Shown here: in pieces, positions 23,901 to 36,956 of the stretch | How positions within the stretch are numbered: position 1 is the first letter of the stretch | How the letters are laid out: the number at the start of each line of letters is the position of its first letter | Assembly: GCA_964270895.1 (NCBI GenBank) | Contig: OZ185437.1 | Strand: one strand, 5' to 3' | Length of the DNA stretch: 64,000 nt | Source: Podarcis filfolensis | Taxonomy: Eukaryota | Made by a program: the position numbers and the translations under genes | The notes under the pieces: generated by a model | Database searches by the model: none | Told to the model about the DNA's origin: nothing | The model's input: the letters and a program-made list of their open reading frames with translations, nothing else

Positions 23901-26900
23901 TTTACATTATTTCACCACATTCCTCACAGGTCCTCGTAATAAGCAGCCCCCAACACAGAAATCATGTAATGCACTGAACTGGTAACAGCAGACACAATTC
24001 TTACTGTAGTCAAATATACAAACTTAAGATAGGTACAAACTACAAGTATAAAAGTGAGAATTGTAAATGAACTACTTAGTCCCACTAATAATGTCTGAAA
24101 CCTGAACTGGAAAAAGCTATATTTTCCAAAAGGAAAAAAAAAGTGCCTGAAAGATTAATTCACAATAAAGAAATCGATACACTTCAATATCAATAAGCAG
24201 TGAACTCTACATGATACCAAAATATGAGAACACAATGGGTCAATTCCAACATACCATACATGTCAATCTGCATTTCAAAAAAAGGGGAGCATTATTTTTT
24301 ATATACATAAAAATGATCAGTCGATTATCATTTTGCCTGAAAGGCACACCACACCTTTATGTATGTCTGAGGGTCAACTACTCAGATAGGCTGTCGACCT
24401 GAATCTAGTCACATGCATGACACGCTGATAATAGATACTCCTATATTTATTTCAGAAGCAGAATGGCAATAAAATAATTTCATTCGGATGTTCAACATAG
24501 TTGTCACACCATAGCAGCAAAATTAGGGAAGTCTTGGCAGATCAAGACAATTACTTGAACAGGTGCTTCAACAAAGTAGCGGTACCATCAGTTCTACTGA
24601 TGTTGTCGCCTTCCAGTAGAATACATTTATGGAGTTCTGATCTATATTATATTCAGTTGATTTCTGGATAAGAAATCGTCTCTTTCCTTTTGGTGGCGCA
24701 CCAGATGAGTCAAATCTTTAAAAACTCCAACCTATAACTCAGTGTTTCTCAGACAGTTGGCTAGTGTCAAATATTCATTGAATGTTGAGTAAAGACTGGG
24801 AAAAGCTGGAATTGGAAGGAAGGTCTCCCTCCTCTGAGGGGAAAGGGTAAGGGGAGGTGTTGAAGGTGAGATTATAGGTTAATATTTTTATAAGCTAGAA
24901 ATAGAAAGTAAGAGAATGAGAGGAAAACTGTTGTAGGAGGAAGAAATTAATGCAAAAGTATTAAGGAGGAAGGGCTGAAAGAAATAGCAGTTGGCTGGGT
25001 ATGTGTGAATAAGGTACAAGTTGAGTGTGAAAGGAAAATGGGAGAAGATCAGTAACTGTGGTAAGATGAGACAGTAAAAATACTTTGGAGGCATGTGGGA
25101 GTGTGAAGGGGGAAATATAAAAGAAAAAACCTTCTCCACTTAAAGAGCCTCTGAAGAAGCAAACTCTGCCAAAAATAGGGAGGCTGAGTCACAATACCTA
25201 CAGAGCAAATGTCTGTACTTAACCTGAGGAAAACTGAGCTATGGAACTCCTTGCCACAAGGAAAATGCTGTGACAAAGATGTCAGCAATTTCCCAAGATG
25301 GATTTGATATCAGTAGAAAATGATGTCAGCAACTGTCAGCTGATTATGCCAAACTGTTTCATCTGTCACCATTTTGTGACTGGCTCTGCCACTGCACCAT
25401 TTTGTGACTTGTGGGCCTCAAGAAATTTAAATGAGCCTTGTGGGCAGAAAGTTTGAGAACCCCTACTGTAACTTTTTTTTTTGCCCACAATTTATTGTTT
25501 AGCTTTCCCCACACCTTTTTCTTTTAAATTCTCCTACACAATTCTTCCAGCTTTCAATCCTACTCCACGCATATCTTTCAGTATTGAAGTCCATGATTAC
25601 CAGTGTGAAGAGTGCTGCTGCAACCCAGCCCTGACTGCAGGCCTACCATGGGTATCTGGATGACCACTGTGAGAACAGAATGCTGGACCAGAGAGGCCTA
25701 TGGCTGCTTCCCCATCACTCTTAATTATCTTTTTATCAGAAGACAGCAGATGACTTCTCTTACACAACCTCTATAGTACTCAGAATAATGAAGCAATTTA
25801 ACTGGACATCTCCGACAAAAAGAAGCACCAAAATAAGATGGTATTCATTGAGCTTTTTGACATAAAGGCTGCTTTCCTAAGCAAGTTGACAAAAGTAAGT
25901 CTCAATGAATTCAGTAAGACTTACTCTGAGGTAAATGAGGCTGGGATTACAGCCTAAGTTATCTAGTTCCTCTTAAATTCTAGTTCCTCTTTGATCTTTT
26001 AGAGATCAAAGGCAACTCAGATTTGAAGCCCAGTATTGCTCCCCTCATATATAGGTTTTAGCTGAAAATAAAAGATTCTTACTTTTTCTCCCTCTCTTCC
26101 GTTTCAAGACTGGTATTCTGATTTTCCAAGTCCTTACTCTTCTCGTCCTCTTTATGTTCCACATTGGCTTCATCTGTTTTCAGTATTCTTAATTCCTTTT
26201 CCTGGTCAGTGTGTGATTCCTGAAAACCTTTTTTGCTTCCCTAGGAGAAATAAAAACATTGATATAGCTCACAATTAAAAAAAAAAAAACTGTTAGTTTT
26301 CAATTAGGAAGAATCTGCACCAGCCATTTAGCCATTTTCTCTGTTGATATCTATACTGGATTTAAATTGATTTTATGTATGTGCTAATGTTGTTTTAAAC
26401 TCTCGGTCTGTCTCTCTGTGTAAACTTTTTTTAAAAAAAAATATTTATGCAATTGTTTAACTGTTTTTATATACATTGCTGTTTTATATATGCTTTATTA
26501 TATTGTAAATCACTTTCATGAAAAAATAACGCATCTCTAAGGAAGTACTGCTGCAATTCACATTGGATTATGAATGTTGTCCCTTGATCCATGTCCAGGC
26601 TGCTGAAACAGGACCACTGGTTTTACCTGTGAAGGGTATTTTTTAGTGAAAGGATGTTCTTAGGTAGAATGAGAGCTCTCTCAAGCACTTGCAAGTGCGA
26701 CTGCAGCTAAATTAGAGATTTACCCTCTCAGCTGGCCCCCAAGCTGCAACATCCTGCACTCAACACACTAGTAAGAAAACATACCAACAACATGTAGCAA
26801 CAACAACACACACTGACCAGTGCCCTGCTCCGTCACACAAGGCAATCCAGATACAGAATCAGATAAGAACAAACCAAATAGTGAATGGTAGGGTAAGGCT

Positions 26901-29900
26901 ATGAAAACATCTTTTCACTCAAACAAAAGGACTCTTCATGTGTCCAAGTTACCCAAAATAAGGTGGATCTTGGCTGTCTATATCCCTGGAAACACATGGT
27001 GAAGCACGTGCCTCTCAAAAGTGTCCCTGCAGAGATGTAAGTATCAATATGGTAATCTCTTGTAAAGGAACGAGGGCTCACCCAGGCCGGAGCATAGCAG
27101 AGAGCATTTAAAGATAACGCTGCAGTCTCATGTAAGAACTAAGGTAAAAGGTAAAGGACCCCTGGATGGTTAAGTCCAGTCAAAGGCAACTATGGGGTTG
27201 AAACGCTCATCTCGCTTTCAGGCTGAGGGAGCCGGCATTTGTCCACAGACAGCTTTCTGGGTATATGGCCAGCATGACTAAATAGCTTCTGGCGCAACAG
27301 AACGCCATGACTGAAACCAGAGCGCATGGAAACACCGTTTACCTTCCTGCCGCAGCAGTACCTATTTATCTACTTGCACTGGTGTGCTTTTGAATGCCAA
27401 GTTGGCAGGAGCTGGGACAGAGCAACAGGAGCTCACCCCATTGTGGGGATTCGAACCGCCGACCTTCTGATCAGCAAGCCCAAGAGGCTCAATGGTTTAG
27501 ACCACAGCGCCACCCGCATTATGTATGCACTATTGGTCTGACCGCAATACTCCATGACTTAGGGCACCTCTTTCTTTTGATATGTTTGCATATCAGAAAA
27601 GTGAGTAATATTTTTATTCACAGATAATGCCACCTCAAATCCCCAAAAAATCCTCTTCAGAGGAAGTTTTCAGAGGGTTCTAAGGTGCACCCATTCTTTA
27701 CACAGAGGTTCCTTATCACAATCAATCTGAAAAGAGTGGGAAACTGAACCAGACATCTTTGGGTGGCCCAACTTACGCATGAGTGCTTTAGCAGTATCAG
27801 TCCTCTCAGCCATGGTATCCATGCCAACAGAGACAGAACCAGGTTTTGTGCCCATGACAGTAAAGGTCAATGCCATCCAGGAGCACGGTGTTTATGAGCT
27901 GATTTATACGCTGCCTTAAGGGCTTTAGCCTTCAACTGCTTTATCTTGCCCATAGCCCCAGAGTAGCTGTAGCTGATTACTGAGATCTAATGGGTGATCA
28001 GCAAAAATATTAAATTTAAAAAAGCTACAGAGCTGCTGGAGGAGAACTGTGAAAAAATGTCGGAGTTCCGGAGAGGAGGAAATATCCCCTCCATTGACCA
28101 AAAACAAAATTCGGACACTGGGGGTGGAGGGTAGTTCACTTTAAACCAGGGACAAGCAACAGGGGAGGTGGTGAAGGGAAAATACAGAGCAGAAAGAGTG
28201 GAAAGTGGTAAGGCACATAAGAAACCCCAAAACTCACACACAATCAAGCACTGTACATCAAGACAAAAATTCACGGGTCTCCCTAAGAGAGGAACAGCAT
28301 CAACACAACCTTCCCCCAAATAAGCACAGAAGCACTAACAACAAATGATAAGCAACAATGTCATAAAGATAAGCTCCGAAAACAGTAGACAAAACACAAC
28401 TCTGAGCAAAGCTGAATGGAGAATGTGAGATACAATCTCACAAGTGAAAGCAGTAAAAACTGCTGGGAGCTGAAGAGCAGAAACCTCTAATTTAGCTGTG
28501 CTAGAGGGAGCTCTCATCCCACCTTACAACATCTCTGCTCAACGGAAAAAGGAACATAAATATTGTAGGAAACACTGTTCACCCGTAACTTTCCAGATAT
28601 TTTTGACCAGGAGAACATCAAGAACATGGAGCTCTGATTTTCCACATGGTGCAAATTATAGCTACAAGGAATTTGTAAGGTCATGTGAATGTAAGGAACT
28701 TTCAAACTGTGTTATCAGTTTCGTAGCTTGAGACTTCCTAGCTTAACGGAGCTTAGCAAAAGGAGGCGCAAAGGGGCTGGGTGTGAGGACAAAAGTCTGG
28801 TTCGGATCTTGGGACACAATCTCCAAATGTGGTCTAGATATAGCAGACACAACAGTGTTTGATTTCTGCCTAAACAGAGTTTTTAGGGCCTTCTTTAGAA
28901 CTCTGCAAGACACCCACAAAGGTATTTCTTCTGTCAAAGTGAATCTGGACTGCAACAGGTTCTTATCAGCTCTGAAAATGACATTAATACTTTGAGAAAT
29001 GTAGCAAAACTAGCAAACAGTATATTAATGCTAGAATAAAACGCTTTGCTTTATAGGCACAATATCCACTCAAATAATATTTCAGCTTACATTAACAGAA
29101 CACAATGATATTTTTTACAAAATCTTCAAAAAATAATGGAACAGCTCTTACCAAGGAGGACGTATCATTTTCTTTTCTTTCACTCTCATTCTCAGCTTGT
29201 GTGTCTTGTTGTTTCCTCATTACTTCATCATCTCTTTCTTCAGTTTCCACCTTTATTTCTTTTATATTTTGCTCAGTTTCTTCATGCTTCTTCATATCTT
29301 TTTCAAGGTCCTTACAGGGCTGGCTCACTATTTTCTCTGGTAATGCCATTTTAAATTCAACATTAGCTGATGTACAGTACTCTTCAAAGCCATAGAGGTA
29401 TCTAAAAGATGGCAATAACATAATGATTAGTTCACCATAGTTTGGTTTATGAGACAACTACACTTTTAAGGATGTAAATTAATTTGCTAAATAATGGTTT
29501 AAGATTGCTTTGTTTTTTAAAAGAAACCAACAACATGGTACCAGCTCAAAATTGTGTTGTTTTAACTGCCCCCAAATGTCAACTTGTTTTTGAAAGAAAT
29601 ACCTGAAAAAAAGTTATGTTGAGTCTGGTTAGTCTAGCAACATGGAAGCTCAGGAATAAAATTTAATAACTTTCCAAACAAATTTGAAAGAGGACTTACT
29701 GTTAGCTGCCAGAACAGCAGACTTGATTTGGGTAGTTACTACTACACATGGCATGATACAGCCAAAATAGATAAAGACACCTTAATTAGAACTGTATCCT
29801 CCTATTTAGGATTAAGCCCCATTGATGTGACTTATTTCTGAATGAATACACACGAGTACAGTATTAGGTTTGCACTGTGAGAGTACTGGGTTCTTTGCTC

Positions 29901-32900
29901 TGTGGCTGTTTCTGGAAATGCAGGAAGGATATGATTTTTGCAAATCCCGCCTTTCTCCTGAAGCCCCTTATACCTCCTCCCATGCTGTTCCAGAGATCGT
30001 CTAACCCTTTAGAGCAACGGTTGCAGACAGAAGGGGGACTCGGTGAAAACTACTTTCCCCATTGTTTTGTTCATGGAAAGCTCCACTGAAACAAAACTAT
30101 TCATGACTGAAGAAACACAACTGAATATAGCCCATTATCTTTTTTTTTTTCATTTAAATGATGACAGTTTTAAAACAGAATACCTATGCAATGTTTATTT
30201 TCGCTGAGATGAAGCATTCAACATTGAGTATCAAAGCGAGGCACACAATTTTTTATATACAGATCTACTTACTTTTTGTATGCACATTTAACATTATATC
30301 CAGCGGCAGAGTTCAAGACAGGGATCCCAAGATCCTGATACACTTGCTTCCAGACTGCTCCACTTTCAATCTATAAAGCAGAATGAAAGTTGTTATCCCA
30401 ATAAAAAGCATTATGTCTATGTTTAAATGAATAATTCTGCACAGAATAAATAAGTAATTTATTCTGAAGTTTAAGGGTCTAAAATAGCACACACAAAAAT
30501 TAGACTCCCATACTTTAAGAGTATTCAAATTCACTTCCATCTCCTGTGCACAGATAATACATATGTATTTTGAAGTAAGTCTGTCTTCTATGGGGTTAAC
30601 ACTCAGATAATTGGGTATATGTAATGACTGGAGACTTCATACTAAACTACTATTACAAGCTGCTTTCTTTTTTAACCTAGAAAAGAGTCTTAGTGATAGA
30701 AAAATTAATGCATAAAAAGTCCTTAGTGTGATGTCCACCTCATCATCTACAAATCTCCTCTCCTAGTGGTTTTGAAGCTGCACTATTAACTTTTCTTCAA
30801 ATTGCAAAATTATTTCTACTCTGATTAATAGTACTTACATTATCAAATCCTCCAAGCTTATGTACAAGTCTGAATAATTTGAAGAGATTCAAGTTTCTGT
30901 ATCCAAGAACAGGTCGTTTATTAATAGGAGTCCCTGTGAAAGAAAGTATTTTGAAGTGTGGCTTTTTAGCTTGTAAAGAGCAACTCATATTGGTGTTAAT
31001 GGACATAAATCAGTTCAGTGCTTCAATCTCAGACTATACCACATATATATACTGTGCAGCTCAATACTCTGAATATTTACTCAGAGGTAATTCCAATGAG
31101 GCTTACTCCAGGGAAATGTGCATACGACTGCAGCTGTGGCCTTATCTTCCTAGTTAACAATCATGTAACAGAACTCATATCACACAGTTTTTCCAAGTAA
31201 TTGGAAAAGCCATTATCCAAATATGTGTGGGCTCCAAAAGTTCTAAATGGTACAAAGGGAACTTCTTTGCAAAGCTGAGATGAATTAATTTAATTCAGCT
31301 TTGTTGTCAAATCCATTCATTCTGCCCTATGATTACTAAAGGGCAGTTGGACAACTGGAATTATGATACAGTTCAAAATCAAAATATAATGAAATAATAT
31401 TTGCCCTGCAATCATTCTTCTCTTCAGGCCTGTGCAACTTGTAACCCAGAAAGTTGAAAACACCACACCAGCAACATATGGTAGCCATGAAGAGCTTGAT
31501 AAACTTCCAAGTTTAGCTGCCTGCAAAGGATTGCAAAAGCACCTGGCAGGCCACAAAACTTGGCTGGTGAGCTGTGTTAAGTTTTGGTGGGTTACAAGTT
31601 GTGCAGGCTCGTATATAATACAGACACACACTGCATAAGTTATTAGTTACTCTGTTGTTTCTTTACTTGCTGCATTTTCCTTCCATTTTAAAATTGCCAT
31701 GCTGTTATTTTATTTTTACTTTGATATAACCTGTCCAGGGGACACTAGCTGGATGTACATGCAACAGGATACATGTTTTAGAAAAATAAATAAATAACAG
31801 GTTTAATATATATAAATGAAATATTTTGCTGTACTATACCAGCTAGAATTCATTTTTATTTCCAAAAAGATGGTGCTGATTTTTAAAAGGAACAACTTTC
31901 AACTGGCCTATCTGATGTAGTGGTTGAAATGGGGCGGGGGAGACTTTTTGAACCATTTGACTGCATTCCCTTCTGGGCAACTTTATGAGGACAGGACTAG
32001 AAGCAAAACACTGATGTAAATTTTATTTTTGTACAGTAGGCTAGCTTCTAAACATACGCACAACACCCCTTGCTATCCTCCATCCAAGTAAGGGAGAATG
32101 ATTATCAGAGTTCAAGGATACATTCCAGCCAGGGGAAAAGCACCATAGGAGGATCTGAAACAAGGCCAGTGTGGCCTGGCAGGGCCCCCAAAGGCTAGAA
32201 AGAGAGGCTTGAAGAGTCACATTTGACCAGAGGTTCCTCACCCCTGGGCTAGGAGCTAGGAGACCAGGGTTTAAACCCCAACGGAGCTTTGAAACTCACT
32301 TTATGAAAAGCAACAAGACAAGTTTTCAGGGGTGTACTACATTCTCGCACTGTACTACATCCCCTGTAGCAACAAACAAACTATATGATAAATATAATGA
32401 CATGCTTACCCCTGTCTTCCATGAATTTATAGAGTTGTTGTAAGAAGTTTTCTCTTTCCTCTGGAAAGGGTTCTATTTCTTCCTAATTTAAACAATATGG
32501 TAACAAAAGCACATGTTAGATTGCCCTGTTAATCGCCACAGTTTTCTTTAAAAAGTATTGCAGGGAATTACATTTATATTTTAAAGGTTCAGGAACCATT
32601 ACATAATGCTTCGGTACTTTGGCTTTGAAGGCAAATGTTATTTCTCTGTATCTTACACTAATAACTGTTTTAAGTGGATTTTAATTGCAAAACGTTTAGT
32701 TTCACTATGGGGAGCCATCAAAATACAAATAAATGCATATTTATAGCATAATCTTCTGCATGTCTACTCAGAAGAAAATTGAATGGGACTTGCTTCCAAA
32801 TAAGTGTATATAGGACTGCAGTCTTAAAGCGCCATAATAAGAACATAAAGCAAATCTGAAATAACAAATTAATTGAAATTTGTTATCTGTTATTTAATTA

Positions 32901-35900
32901 CAGCAGTCAAACTGAAATTCCATTTTCTTCTCCAAGACAAAAATATTTCATTGTGGAGATGGCAACTTTTGCAGAAAGATAAACCAACTCATTTCTACGG
33001 ATGTTCCACATATATTTTAGCACCATTTTGAGGGAGGTGGGTTTTTGGGTTGCACTTTTTAAAGTTTCCTTCTTCTTTGTAAACCAACAAAACAACTCCA
33101 GTGAAAATTTAGAAAAGCAGATGTTGCTGATGTTACAGTTAATCATGTTTGTTAGAAGCAGGATTTAGCAAAACACAAAGTTAATATTAAGGAGGATTCT
33201 TAGCCATTCAATGCATGCCTGTGCGGGGTTTGCAGATCATGGTGTGTGTGACTGACTTTTCCCCTACTCGTATATGCTGCTAGTTCAATGTCTTATCCCT
33301 AAGGGCTATGGTATCAGCAGAACATTCGTTGTTTTTTTACAAACACAAATAAGAGATAATGTCCCTTCTTTATTCCAGTCAAGTACGCTCATTACCACAA
33401 TTATTCTGCCTATTTCTTGAACTTAAATAAAATTGCAACATATAGGTCATATACCATCCCTGTTGGTAGTTTCCCCACCCCCCTTGCAGAATTTAATGCT
33501 GATCACACACTAGTTTTCTTTGTTGCATAAAGAAAACTGGTTTCCTAGACTAATCAGGATTCACAAATATGGACAATATACAAGGAAGAGGTATGCTAAA
33601 GACAATGTAATAAAAGGGTTGATATTGTCTGTGCCACTACTGTAATTCAACAATCAATGTACTCCAAACGGGAAATATTCCATGGCTCAACCAAATTACG
33701 GTGCTGTACTTGCCTCTTCTTCGCTGCTGTTATCTTCCTTTTCTTTTTCATCTTCCTCCTCCTCTTCTGCTTCGCTACTGGAGCTTTCCTCTTTCAACTC
33801 AGTCTTCCAGTTACTGGGAACAGTTTTGTTTTTACGGAATTCTAAGGCTTGATCAAAAGCTGTAAATTGAATGAAACTCATTAGCACTGAATGTCTAGTT
33901 TGCTCCTGCATGTAAAAAAAATAAAAATAGGCCAGTTTGGTAAAACACACAAAAAGAGAGAAATGGGGCTTGTTCAAGTTTTCTCCTTGGGAAAGAACTG
34001 GTGCAGGCCATATGCCTTTTCCTTGTGGGGAAAAGATGCTAAGTGTAATAAAAGTGATACTACTTTTATTTGAACATGGGATTTCCCTCACCCTAAGAGA
34101 TAAAAAGCCCACCTTTGTTCCAGAGGGGTTTGGCTAACACCTCACAGTAAGCACATTCACCAATCTATGCTTTTGGCATTACAAAACTATCTGCTATAGC
34201 TAGATACTATTTTATCTCTTTCAAGAAACCTTTAGCAGACTGGCTTGGAGCCGCAAGTCCATCAGCCATGGACAAACCCCTGGTATAAGTTCATAACTTT
34301 TGTGCATCAAAATAGTGCCATGTGCTCATTTAATCACAGCTCACCTCTCACTACCTTCTATGCTAAAATGGTATAGTTTTATAAATATACAAAATTAAAA
34401 GTACCCTCTGTCTTGATATAGTTTGCCCTGTTCAGAATGGAGTTGCACTTCTCCCTAAAGGATCAAGTCTGCAGCCTGGGTGTGGCTACTGATCTGGTCT
34501 TGCAAATGAATGCTCTGTGGGTCATATAACGAATTCTGGTGGGATCTGGCCACTGTTCTTATGATGTGTTTGAAGACACATGGAACTTCAGTTAGTTCTG
34601 AGTAGCAAGCATACCTGTTAATTGCCACAAATAGCAGGGAACATACCTTGTCACTAATTGAAAAAAGACCACCATCTGTCTATTTATTTCTCTACATAAT
34701 TAAAGGTGCTGGCTTTGACTTATTAAGCCTTAAATGGCTTGGGATCAGGGTATATGAAAAACCACAAATTCCCATCAAAACATGTCTGAGTATTAGGATC
34801 AGACGCCCTGTTCACAATGTCCCATCTCCTGAAGTATGGTGGCTGGCAGAGAAGGACAGTACCATTTCAGTTGTGGCACTTCATTTAGGGAACTCACTCC
34901 CTGTCCATTAGCCTAGCAAATTGTGATAGCTTTCAGGGTTTTTTTTTACAAGTGAGGTATCACTCATCTGATTTATTCTGGCTATTTAAGATAGTATTCA
35001 ACATGGTCTTGATGGTATTTAATGATGCTTGTCTTGTATGGTGTTGGTTTTTGTTCTTCCTACTTCAATTAGATTATTAGCACCCGCAGAAATTATAACT
35101 GAGAGGCAATGTGTACATATTTCAAATACATTAAAAGAATAAGTAATGAAAATTCAGCTGACCCCTATTTACCCCTTCTCTGATATTACAGTTTGGGGGT
35201 TGCCTTTTTTTTTTTTTAAAGATCCCAGCTGGGCTCAGAAGGTGTCTCTGCAGGATTCATCTCCTGGCTGTCCCTATAGCAAAAGCCAGAGACTGCCTGT
35301 ATGGTTATAACGTGAAGGAGCTGTGTGGGAGAGATGTAATGGAGCCAGACAGGACCAGCATATCAGGTGGCTGCTGACTGGAGAACAGCTGCCAGTCTGA
35401 AATTTCATGCTTTTTGTCGTCGTTCTTGAGCTGAACTGCAGGCTGGAATAGAGGACTGCTAATAGTTCACAGAGGTGGGCAACCTGTGGCACTCTAGATG
35501 GTGCTGGGCTGCTACAACCATCATCCCTGTCCACTGACCATAATGGCTGGGGCTGATGGGAGTTGGGAGTCCAGTAACATCTGAAGGGCTACAGATTCCC
35601 CACCCCTCCTGTACAGGAGCTTTGGGAAAGCACAGATGAAAAATACATTGAGTTTTTCTTTCTTTGTGTGAATGCCCAAGGGATGAATGTGTGTGGTGTA
35701 AATTAGCTGAAGAGGAACAGATTTGGGAGGTAACCTAATTAAAGGAAAATTTAACTGAGAAGTTTGGAGGTGAACTTACTTGGCTCACCTCAGGGGACAC
35801 CAGCCTGGAGCCTGTGAGGCCATGGTGCCCACAAGAGTCTTCATTTGTGCTCCCATGGAGGCCCCAGACTGAGCTTACTTTCTTTTTAAGCAAGTCTCCA

Positions 35901-36912
35901 GCCCTGCTAGAAACACAGTTATGAAGCAGAACACGCAGGAACACTCTTCTAAGGAATGTCTGTAAAATGAGCAAGCCTGGCTCTCCTACCTGGTCAAGTG
36001 TTTTTAGTCAATGTGTGAAGTGATTGATACCAGGCAGTAGGAATCCTGAGGTCCTAAAGAGCTGCTGCTTCCACTCCCCTTTAATACACTTTACCGGCCT
36101 GCCTCATTTTCTATGCAGAAATTCAACAGGTTAAGCACTCTCTCTAATTTTATGTGAGGCCATGCTCCCCATGGCAGCCCATCTTATGACAGAACCCTTT
36201 CAAAATTCAAAATGTGTTCCCTGGTCCAAAAAGGAAGGCAACTCCTGCTCTTCTTTATACTTAGGTTCTGGTTTCAGGTAAGTCACCATTCTCTCAGCTT
36301 CAGTCATTCACCTTCTTTAAAATGTTTTTTGCAGCAACAAATGTGAGATCACAGAAGTAGTCTGGTGTTTAAGACAGAGTTTCTGCCTGATATTTTCTTT
36401 GAAGCCTTGGGCAAATCACTGATCTCCATTTGGTCTAGCACTCTTGTTGCAAACATTGGTCAGTCAAATCCCAGTGCGAAGCTTATAAACAGGTCGTGAA
36501 AGGAACAAATTCCCCTGCTGTTTGTCCCCAGCACCCAGTATTCACTGAGTGTACTCAGTGAGTATACAATTCAGAAGTATACTACCTAAGAACATGAAGG
36601 TTCCATTTAGCTATCATGGCTAATAAGAGGAGCTTTCTAGGGTAGGGAACAGGAAAGAGCAACTTTGAGTGGGCTGAACTGCAGGAAAATATGGTAGGAA
36701 TTGTTTAGCAGTTGGTGGGACATGTAGCACCCTCATGTTTTGTAGCACAGCTGTCCCTCATAGTGTGTGCCAGATTTCTAGCCAAATTCAGCTGAAAAAT
36801 GCTATCTTTTCTTAATTCTATATTGTCTTTACCTTGCTTTAATGCAGCATCAGGCTTTGGTGAAGAATCACTAATCTCTCGAACATCTTTCCTTGGTACG
36901 GAAGAGCTAATA

Positions 36913-36956
<44 letters not shown>

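Noticed and set aside
26880-28320. DIRS or other retroelement flanking the Sauria SINE (SPRSFTR resembles RT APRVFTK)
   Set aside because: Only a six-residue resemblance and no supporting motifs in order; left unassigned
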